A stretch of DNA of 64,000 bases from Thalia democratica (taxonomy: Eukaryota), in assembly GCA_965202585.1 (NCBI GenBank), contig OZ241830.1, positions 67,828,001 through 67,892,000 on the forward strand, written 5' to 3'. The position numbers and the translations under genes were made by a program. Below the pieces are notes generated by a model. It ran no database searches. It worked only from the letters and a program-made list of their open reading frames with translations, and was not told where the DNA came from. Below, piece after piece: positions 53,870 to 64,000 of this stretch (positions are counted from its first letter, which is position 1; the number at the start of each line of letters is the position of its first letter).

Positions 53870-56734
53870 TATAAGGTGCAGTATACTTACAAATGTAGTT
53901 ACAAATCCTCACAGTACTAAAAAAATATTTAACTTGAGACATTAAGTACAGTAATTCAACTTTTTAGTCTTATTTTTATGTTAGGTAAGTAATAAAGCAT
54001 TTACATGTTATTGTTTGAAAAAGTAACTTATGAGATATCAGCAATCAAAGTTTGAAAGTGTTGTAAGTTTCTTAAATAGATCTAAGTATTTCACTAAAAA
54101 ACTATCTACTTTTATACCTATTAAGTATTGCTTTTAGAATATTCTTAGTTTAATCTAAAGTTTTACAAGACTATTTTAATAGTTTTAGGGTTGCCAACAA
54201 CTTAAGAAATGTAAGAAATTCTAAAAAATCTCAGAAAGACTCGAGCGAGTTTGGTATATTGTTATACAGGATGACTCAAGTACTTTATTTATAAAAACAA
54301 TTTGGGAATATTCTAAAATTTCTACAATTTTCAATCAAATTCCAGATTTTTTAGATGTTGAGTGAGATTAAGTAGTTGCAGTTTAAATATAAGTAAAAGA
54401 TTAAGTAGTTGCAGTTTAAATATTTTGATTTTTTAATATTTTACAAACAGAATTATTCAAAAACCAAATATTTTAGATTTAAAAAAAATATCTAAATGTT
54501 GATTCTTTCTTAAAAAGTATTTAAATAAAAAACTCCAGAATATTCAATGCAAGGATAGGTTTTTTGACTCAAAGAGACAATCCTACGATTGCTACTTGAT
54601 AAAAATCAAAAAAGAATTAGGCTACTTTGTTAGATCTTATTGGTAAAAGCATAAAAGTGAACAAAAAACTCATAACATACTCAATTCTGTATTTATAGTC
54701 TCAATCTTCTGAAATATATAAAATACTTAAAAAAATGTGAAACACTGAACTTTATATATTTACTCGTTAAAAACAGACTAGAGTTATAATTTAAATAAAT
54801 CTATTAGACTTAAATGAAAAACAATAATACCAGTTAGGGTTTGCTTATCCAAGTCATTGAGAAAACCAGTAGTAAGTCAAAACAAATGGGTATTAAAAAT
54901 ACTAACTAAAAATTATATAACTTTAACTTTTAGAAATATACCCTCAAGTTTTATTTTAAGTATATGTTTTCTCGTCAACAACTTAATTGAAATTCGGGTG
55001 TAAAAATTGTCAGCATCAGTAGACTTAAATTCTTAAATTGTTATAGAAGAAGGGTCATTTAAATTTTTTTAAGATTTTAGGAAAAAGATATCGATAAGTT
55101 GTTTTGCAAAAAAAAAATATATAACGATTTATTAGTAGTCTCAACACGTTTAAAATAGTTTTTAAAGTGTCAAATTAACGTTAAGTAAAAGATTTTGTAG
55201 TCCATCTTGAAACTTTTAGAAACTTGAATAAAAATGTTATATAACTTTTAGTTCTGGCTGCTAAACACTTATCAATTTACAATAAAATCTACTGCAAAAT
55301 TTGAAAAGCAATAACATAACTAAAAAATGAATAACAGTTGTCAAAGAACAAGCACTCATATTTACAAGCTAAGAAAAAGTATAATAAACACAGACTATTG
55401 TTTCACAAAACACAAAAAGACGTCGAAGAAATTCACAGAAAAATCCGCAATTAGTAACTGTTAAACGACAAAACGCAGTAAGAAATCGTATCACAGGATT
55501 AACAACTTGGAAAAAAGATATAATAACCGATGTTTATTTAAACTCACTACCAACTATATTTGAAGTAGGAAATAATCAATTTATACTTATATTCACTTAA
55601 GACGAACACATTTTCGCAATTAACAATTTGTTGACAAAAAAAAAAGATTATCAAACTGAAGCTATTTAGATATGAATTGAAAAATTTGACAGCTTTATAT
55701 TAAAAGAAGCTAGCGAGAAAATTTATTGCAGTACTTGTATGAATGATGAAGCAATGAAATCATAATGATTCAATTGATTTTTAGCCACGTCAATTGAATA
55801 AGAATTTGTTTTTAAGCTAGCTCAATTGTCTAATTTGTAGGTATAACTACAGTTTGTAAGTAGATGAAATAAACTAACAACGATTAAAAAATACTCTATA
55901 CTTTCTAAGTTAATACTTCTAAAATCTTTATTAGTTTGATTAGAAGTTAAAAACTTATCAATGAAATAAGAAAAATAAAATTTCATGTTCTTTCGTATTA
56001 TCTTGATTATGGTTATTTTCAACGATACAGATTTATTTTTACTATTTATGATTTTCTTTTGATGTGCTACTTTTAATTGTTTTATCAAAGTAAAGTCTTT
56101 TAATAAATAAATTTAATCTAAAGTTTAAAATATTTTTTTTTCTTTTAAAGTAGAACTATAACAGTTTAGAAAAACCAACTATTGGCTTAACTATACTGAA
56201 AGTGGACTAATATCTTAAAAATAATATCTTTTTATGCAATTTATAAAAAATTATTTCAAAAAAAAAACTATTTAAGTATATATTGCGTTGTTTTTTTTTT
56301 TAAATATCATATATATTTCTGCCGTTGAAGTTTAAGCATATTACAGCCTAAAATATTTAACATAATTCAGTTGGATGTGTGTATTTAATTGGTTATTAAA
56401 CTAAAGTTGATGTCAATCTTTTAACTTAATACTACTTTCATACTAGTTAGTCATGAAGTTACTCTAAAACTACAGTTGAAACTGAATTAAGATTTTGCAT
56501 AAAACTTACTTTTTTAATTTAAATTTTATGTTTTGAATTTCATATTTAAATTAAATAATTTTATTACACTCAAAAACAAAACACATTTATAACTCGTTCC
56601 ATAAAACAAGTAAAAAATGTTATGACAAATTTACTTTTACTGTTAAAGTTATTATGGATACATAAATCAGATATTTATTTTTATTTTAGAGTTAAAAAAA
56701 TAATTTATCTTTATTTAGGCAGGTTTAACTTAAA

Positions 56735-58471
56735 ATGAGTTTTAAATTATCAAAAAATCGTAGAAAAAGCTTTAGTTTAGTTAAAGCATGCAAAAACAAT
56801 GCTCGAAAGATGAATGAAAACAAAAATAGAATAAAAGTTTTTGAAACAGGTTTGATTTTCGTTTTAAAATATGCATTTCAGAAGTATTTATTTATAAACC
56901 TTATGATTATTTTGTCAACTTCAGATTTGCTATTAAACCAAGTTACCTCAGAATTTTTAGAAAAAACACAATTTGTTTAAACGCTTTAAACAATTTTTTA
57001 ATTGCTTCATAAATAACAAGTATATAGGAAATTAAAGTTAAGGTTTGAAAATAAAAGGTGTTAACTAATACTTTTAAAACATTTTTAGGTCGGAAAAAAT
57101 CTAAAGAAGCAATGTTTGTATCGGCTTTCAAACTAAATAAACTTTTTCTACTAACAAACGTACCAAAACTAAGCAGAAAAATCGAAGATAATTTAACTGT
57201 TCAAAACGTATCCACATACTGTCAGATGTCATACATTTACAATCTAAACGTTCTATTTAAAAAAATGTTCAGCTTCATTGAACGTTGTTTTGTAGTGGTT
57301 GCTGAAACTAAAAACTTTTTAGAAATAGAAGAAATTTTGATTGCAAGAATAATGGGTAGTTCTGGGTTAAAAATTACTTCAGAGTTAGAAGTTTTCAATG
57401 CTATAGATAGCTGGACTAGCTACAATACACAAAAAAGGAGCAAGCATGCAAAACATCTTTTTTTAAAGGTTCGGTTTCATCTTTTGCCCGATCGCGCATT
57501 GAAACACGTTATTGATAAATCTTTATACTTTTCTAAAACTAAAGAACATGGTGCACTGTTCAATGCAGTTATGGGTAACAAAGAGAATTTTCCAAAAAAG
57601 TTGGTAAACAACTGCTACACCCATAGATATTGCGACCAACATGATTTTGATATAGTTATTTGTGGAGTTTTAGATGAACATTTAAAAAACTCAAACAAAG
57701 TGTTTCACAAAACAATAGAAAATGTGAAATTTATTACTCCAAAGAAACAAAAAGCAAATTTTAACCGAGTGGTTTGTTTGAAAGGAGAAATTTATGCAAT
57801 AGCAGCAGGTAACTACATGTTTAAGGAAGACAAAACTACCATCGAAAAATACATTGCAAAAACGAACACTTGGGAGAAAGTTTCACAAATAGACGACAAC
57901 GGAGGACGAAGATCATTTTGCTGCTGCGCTTTCATGAACGAAATATATTTACGAGGCGGCCGTTACCGATGGTACGTGACCGACTCCTGCTTGAAGTTTG
58001 ATGCAACAAGCCGCGCTTGGAAGGGAGTCACCGAGATGAGCGAAGCGCGCCGTTTTCCAAGGAAGAATCGTGGTTTGCGGCGGGGAAGATGAAGAAGATG
58101 AAAATTACTCGGAAACGGTTGAGTCGTATGACGTCATCACCGACACTTGGTCGCCGATGCCCAGCATGATGGAAAGCAAAAGCAGGCACAGCGCAGTTGC
58201 GGTGAGAAGCAAGTATTACGTCATCTGCGAACACGATTTTTGCGAGGTCTTTGACAGCGTTTGTAACAAGTTTGTTGCCTTAAAAGAACCGAATCTAAAG
58301 TTTAGACGAATGAGTAAAGCTGTTTCATTTGGCAGTAAAATTTTTGTGTTTCGTTTTACTGAACCTAGTTTGGTTGTTTATGATGTTGATAAAGACGAGT
58401 GGTCGGAGGAACTGTGTGAAATTACCAAAAATGTTCAATGTTTTTCCTGTACAGTTGTACCATTTTGTTAA
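56735..58471 (+). pseudogene. BACK-Kelch gene copy 3, frameshifted (exons 56735-56849 and 57089-58471)
   Basis: A 17-bp deletion at 58051/58052 (agcatgcggcgtgcgcc lost) splits the ORF into 57058-58092 and 58070-58471. There is also an L-to-R change in the YLLGG Kelch motif. Confidence 0.88.
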
Positions 58472-59922
58472 TAAATTTGAAGAATTAATTGATTAGCTAA
58501 GTGCCAAATAATTGTATAAATTGTACAGAAATCTAAGACAAAATTCATTCAAAACATCTTTATTAAAGCAACAAACAAGTAAAATCGATTTCGGCTAACG
58601 CTTTTCAATTACTTTAGTTAGCAACTAATTTTAAGATTAAATTTTGAGTATATAAATAGTTAGAGGTTACATCAGAAAAATCAATTAACACTAATTAGCA
58701 TAATTGAGCAAAAATTAATTAAACATTCACAATTCATAAATGCATATACAAAACAGTTTATCAGTAATTTAACTAAGATAAGCAACATTAAAAATAAAAT
58801 AAAAATAAGCGACAAAATTCAAATAAAATCTATAACAACTTATAAAGATTAGATTTATAAACGTATTGTTGCTTACACAAATTAGGTTTACATGTTTTTA
58901 TAAATAGAGATTCTAAAACACTTAGGTGATAATCGTTACGAGCTTTTTTACTCTTTATTTTCGTAATCGTCTTTTTTTTTCAACTGACTAACAACGTACG
59001 ATTCATAGCAAAATGTTTTTATCATATTCGTTTAGATCAGAGTAGTACAAAGCTATATGCAATAAAGAAGTTTAATATGACTAACAATTTAATTTTGCAT
59101 AAAAACATGATAATTTATAAGATACATTTTGTAGTAGAAATCAATTTAGAACACTTATAAATTGAATCATTCAAGTTAACTTAAAGATCGAAAACAAGTT
59201 CAAACTCACTTAAGAACCAAAAATACCCTACAAACTTGTAACTTTTTAAAAAGGCTCTTACTAAACTATTATACAAAAACATTTATACTTTTGATAGCAG
59301 ATTGATAAAATAAAATTTAAAAGTTAAAAAAACTAACAAGATAAAGTTTCAAACTTTATAATACTAAACTTTTAAAATTTTTAATTATAATGTGTTCAAG
59401 GCTTGTAAATGCTTATATGTTATAAAAACCTACATTTTATGCAATAATGTAAAAAATAGTGTCTTATTTCTAGAAGTACAAATAGCATAAAGAAGAGTTA
59501 CTCATTATTTTAAATCATTACTGGTTTGTAATTAGTTTTATTGTTTGAGACAGCAAACGAAGGAGGAAAAATACAAATGTTTTTACTTCACACATTTTTA
59601 TCAGTTTAAATTTTTAGTATAAAAAAAACTAGGTATCACAAAATTACAATTTCCTAAAACTTCAATTTTCTAAACGAAACTTCCAATAAAGAAAATAATT
59701 TTTAAAATCAACACAATTATAAAAAAAAGTGTGAAAATCTTAAGAGCTCTTCTGCAAGCTTATCGAAGGAAAAAATTTAAAATAACCGAAGGTTTGTGCT
59801 TAATAAGAAAATTTTTCAAACGTCCTTGATAAAAGTAGGAATAAAATTCTACAAAAATTTACTAAAAAGGCATAAGCAGCGAAACAAACTAAAGCCGTCA
59901 ATTGAAATTGAGACGTGCAGCA

Positions 59923-62900
59923 TCAAACGACGTTGTGTTTGAACAGCACGTAGTTGGCCATCGTGTGGTTGCCCGACTGCCGGTACATCAAGCTGAGGTT
60001 GAAGGCGATCTCGTGCCGGAGGTCGAAGCTGTCCTCGCACACCGCGTCGACCACATTGGCAGGTGGTCCGCACTTCAACGCGTCCTCGTACATGTGCACC
60101 GCAAAGTGGTTCAGCCCGATCTGGTGGAGGGCGCGCCCGATGTTGTACAGCGACTCCTGCTTGTTGTTCCGCAGCTGCCATTTCAAACATTATACAGGTT
60201 TGTTCAAGTTTTATTTCAAATATCATGCCAACTGGCCTTTTCAGTTTATATTAAATAACATCATTATTTGAAAGAGGGATATTTTGTTACTTATTCAAAC
60301 AGAAGCTGACTCATGAATTTTTTTAATTTTTAAGTAGTTTTTATTGTTATTTAATGCACGAAGTTAGATTTATGTTTGCGGTTATTTATATCCCAATGAA
60401 ATAAGTGCGGGTTAAAAACTGTATTTACAAAAAACCTTTATATAGTTTTTATTAATCTTTAATAGTTAACCTAACAATGAAATATTACAAATAACTTTGT
60501 TTCGTTAGTTTCAAAAACGTCAGCTTTTAGACTTTATCAAAATAAATATTCTAGCAAGAAAACTCAACATTACCATTGAGGATCTTCAACGTGATAAACA
60601 ATCTTTCAAAATAATCAAACCTGGCAATACTTGGCAAGGAGTGCGAAGGCTTGCGCGACATAAGTGTGCTTGTTACCGCAAGTTTTCTGCGTGAGTATGT
60701 GGCAGTAGCAAATTCCCACTATCAAATGCAGTTCCGGATTTTCTTGCTCCTGCAAGTATTCATGTTTTTTATCAGATAAGTTTATTCGTTAGCACTGACC
60801 AAAGTTGGTTTAAAAAAGCTACGTACATTTTCTAAATGAATATAAAGACATTTTTTAACTGTAAAAGTCTTACTTTAACTTACACATTCACTTCTTTAAC
60901 ACATTACACAAAGATACTATAAAAGTTTCAAAAATATGAATATTGGATATAAGTAACAGAACGAGCTTAAAAAACTATATACTTTTGGTTTTTCTCAGAA
61001 AGGGATTAAAATTGTTAATAACGTTTAGTTTGCTTATAATTACTTTTTAAAACTTTACTTGGTTTTTAATAAAATATATTAGTGAAGTTTTATTATGTAC
61101 TATTCTGTTTTTAATAACTAAAAATTTTCAAAAACAATTAAAGTACAGATACATCTACAAAAAATTGTCAAACTTCTTCTAGTAGTTCGATGTAATAATT
61201 AAGTGCAGGTCTGAAGTTATTAGATGCAATATCTCCATGAGCGAACATGCTTTGAAGCGGGTAAACTTTCTTATCTTGTACCTGTAATTGTACACTTGCT
61301 TTTCGTGAATGTTTTTAAAAAGAAAACAAATTAACCACCTTGTTTTGCTAGTAATTAACTTTGAAAATAACACAAAAATAACTTATCATTATTGCGAAAA
61401 ACTTTAATTTACTCTGCAATTAAAAAGTGGTAAACTTAACTAGTCATTAAAATAATACTTTACATTAGCACAAAACAAAAAACGTCAACATAAGTTTACT
61501 TAATATGCAGCGCATTATTGTTGTAAAAACAATTTCTATTGGAATAAAATAATAGATAACCCATACTGGGATATAGACAGTATTCAATAAACACGTATTT
61601 ATTATCTTAGATAAAAAAACCTTAAACGCAAAACTTTCTGCCTTGCAATTAATAATACTTTTCTGCAAATTTTTTTGACACAATACTGACCACCATGATT
61701 CTGTGGAGAAACCTGTGAGTGTTTTTGAGAACCTTCTGACTGTGAGACATCCTGGTGACCACCTGATTGAATATGTTCCACACGTGGTTCTGCACCGATG
61801 ACTGGTCCTCCTTATTCGATAAGATCACCTTCCTTCAATTGATATACAACAGGTTTGTATGGAAACAATATACAGTAAGACAGTGTTTGTATAAATGATG
61901 TTACAATTTTAAACTTATATTTATGAAATAAACACAGTCTATATTTTGGATGCCATTTATAAAAGCACTAAAAGTTTTAACACAATTTTTAATTTAAAAA
62001 ATATATACTAAAATCCAAAATTAGCTGAAAAAACTGCTTGATAAGTTTATTTATGTTTGTAAAATTAAAAGTTAATAAAAGTGCAGCAAAGTATTCATTC
62101 TATCTGTAAACAACACAAATAACTTGATTCAAACAAACTTGAGTATTTTGAAGGCGTAATAGTACCACCCGCTCAACAGGCTGAACCTGAACAAAATAAC
62201 TTCCAGCTTGCTTCTTGAAATTTTCGCGCGCGAAAAGAAATTTTTCTCCTTCATAACGTGGTCGCTTATCAAACAGGCCTCCTTGTATCTTTTGCACGTG
62301 TTGAGCAGGTTCAGCAACTCCTTGATTGATAAGCTTCATTATATTGGTGGAGTCTTAGCTCGTAAAAGTTTTTTTTACTAAACAAATAATATGCAGCAAA
62401 AATATTAAAATACATTAGAATATTAAGTTATAAACTATTTGTATTTAAGAAAGTTTTTTTTTTGGTATGATTTAACCTTATGTTAAACTTAGCTTATCTC
62501 ACGGCATACGAAGGTCCAGGCTTAAGCTCTGTAGACTTTCGCTGATGTTTTCGTTAAAAAAGAATTGATATACTTTTCAAACTTTTGTATAAACTTTTAA
62601 TCAGTTTTTAGTAAATATGGAGTGTTTATACTGTCATAAAATAACAAAAGATTATGTTCTAAAACTATCCCTTATCATTTCTGTAGAAGCAAACCTTAAC
62701 TTAGCCAAAAACATTTATAGAAGAAAGTTACTTATAATTTAATACTAACCTGAATGTGTTATAATTTTCAACTTTAACAAGTTTTTAATAATACAGTGCT
62801 TATTCACTTATCCGGACATGTTGGGCAATTCTGTAAAGGTGTCCGGATAAGCAGTTTTCCAGATAAGTACAAAATATAGTGTTTTTATAAAATAATATAA

Positions 62901-63883
62901 CTGCTGTAATTTATGCAATGTAAAGTAAATAATAATAACTCAGCCATTTTCTTCCTTTTTCTGCTTTAAATTTCTTACACTTTACTTTTCAAAATGTCGT
63001 GAAAAGTCGACTCGCCCATGCTAAAATGCTCTATTATAAAAGACTTTAAAACATTGTTTTCCCATCTTTTTACAAACTTCTAGTTTATTTTTAAAGCTTA
63101 TTGCAACTCGTGTTCTTTTTTATTTTTGTAACTTGTCTATTTCTGAAACCTTGTATGTTGAGTATGTCAAACTTACAGAACTTTTTGATAATAAAAAAAA
63201 ACTATGCACCTCATCTTAAATAAAAATTGTTTCGATTAAGAACTTTTGATAGTTTGAATTAAAAACCAAACATAAAAAAACTTTAATATACTAATTTTCT
63301 ATAAAATTAAAATTAAAAACATTATTTAATTTTACTGATTTACTTTATATATAAAGGTTTCTAATAACTAAACTAGTTTTGAACAAAATTGAACGTAAGC
63401 TTTACTAGTATTATTACGTCATAATAATGTAATAAATTGCAGAAGTTATATAAACATTTAAAACTTTTCTACAGCATCAAAGCTTAAACATTAGTATGTA
63501 TTAAACACAAAAATGTTTGTTTCTTCTTTTTTTCTTCTCGACTAAAATTTTCCGCATAAGTGAGCGTCAGGATAAGTGAATAAGCATTGTACAACTAAAC
63601 TATTTTTAAATTAAAAATTAGACTCATATTTCAAACTCGTTTTCAAGTATCAAAAGCAAAACTAAAAGAGTTTCAAATACACTAGCATTCTAAAACACAC
63701 CAGTGAAACTTTATCAAAACAAACCTTGTAAAAGTCGATCCACTGCCTCTGCTTGAAGACCTGCCAGTCGGCTTTCAGGTACAATTCCTCGTCAATCCTC
63801 TGCTTGCCCGCCCTCTTGCAAGTCACTTTGATCTCGCCTGCGAACGGGTTGGTTGTTTTCCTACTTCGCTTCACTATTGACAG
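59923..63883 (-). CDS. GTF3C3: General transcription factor IIIC TPR subunit (TFIIIC102/Tfc4 homolog), last six exons; 5' part lies beyond the window
   Basis: Exons 63725-63883, 62139-62320, 61691-61832, 61174-61281, 60621-60749 and 59923-60174 join in frame with GT-AG boundaries. The product includes WNIFNQV, HRFLHRIM, QAFALLAKY, QESLYNIGRALHQIGLNHFAVHMYEDAL and DLRHEIAFNLSLMYRQSGN, matching the human GTF3C3 C-terminus as recalled (WNIFNQV; YNLGRGLHQLGL; DLRRDIAYNLSLIY). Confidence 0.92.
62794..63589 (-). mobile_element. Non-autonomous pogo/Tigger-like (Tc1/mariner superfamily) DNA transposon, 796 bp, in a GTF3C3 intron
   Basis: The 24-bp terminal inverted repeats match at 22/24 (cagtgcttattcacttatccggac at 62794-62817 vs 63566-63589), with TA on both sides (62792-62793 and 63590-63591). 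An internal minus-strand remnant at 62940-63119, KRTRVAISFKNKLEVCKKMGK...FSMGESTFHDILKSK, resembles the CENP-B/pogo N-terminal HTH. Confidence 0.88.
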
Positions 63884-64000
63884 CTGAAAATTTATGCTTT
63901 CACGTTGAACCAGTTATTTGTATTTATCTTAAAAGTTATTAAGTGCCCAAACAGTATGAGAAAATCAAAGTTTGATATTTCGGTAAAGACCTTGTATATA

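Larger units (their letters stand above)
1..58521 (+). repeat. Tandem segmental array of a ~23 kb unit (~2.5 copies in window, open at the left edge)
   Basis: Position 1 (agtaaatctggcctgctaaa) recurs at 22861 and, more diverged, at ~45927. The Kelch 3' flank attgtataaat ends at 12576, 35715 and 58521. Identity by eye is roughly 85-98% depending on block, and homology stops abruptly after 58521. Confidence 0.98.

Noticed and set aside
59849-60271. Several overlapping ORFs (59849-60226, 59902-60258, 59954-60271, 60063-60254)
   Set aside because: They are alternative-frame or antisense shadows of the GC-rich last GTF3C3 exon.
1-64000. CRISPR array, rRNA, tRNA, or a prokaryotic/viral origin for the cassette
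   Set aside because: No spacer-repeat array or RNA-gene signature was seen. Spliceosomal introns, a LINE and a Tigger-like element indicate a eukaryotic nuclear locus, and no viral hallmark genes (capsid, pPolB, packaging ATPase, integrase) were recognised.

Overview
AT-rich eukaryotic DNA with GT-AG introns, probably animal; no organism is assigned. Positions 1-58521 are a head-to-tail array of about 2.5 copies of a ~23 kb unit (periods 23139 and 22806 bp, measured at the Kelch 3' end). Each unit carries a two-exon BACK-Kelch gene lacking a recognisable full BTB fold (open only in copy 2) and a paralogous BACK pseudogene. It also carries an intronless divergent CMGC-like (HTD-type) protein kinase, a decayed PARP-like ADP-ribosyltransferase domain with an H-Y-E triad, a fossil RTE-clade LINE and an old nested inverted duplication. 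The PARP-like domain is invisible in the ORF track, and the LINE appears there only as one short ORF fragment (44976-45197). The copies show independent and partly complementary lesions and block-wise divergence, consistent with unequal crossover and birth-and-death evolution. The array stops about 50 bp after the third Kelch stop codon. The rest is single-copy DNA holding the six 3' exons of GTF3C3 (TFIIIC TPR subunit, minus strand), with a TA-flanked pogo/Tigger-like element in one intron. All protein assignments are hand translations compared with motifs recalled from memory; no database search was run.
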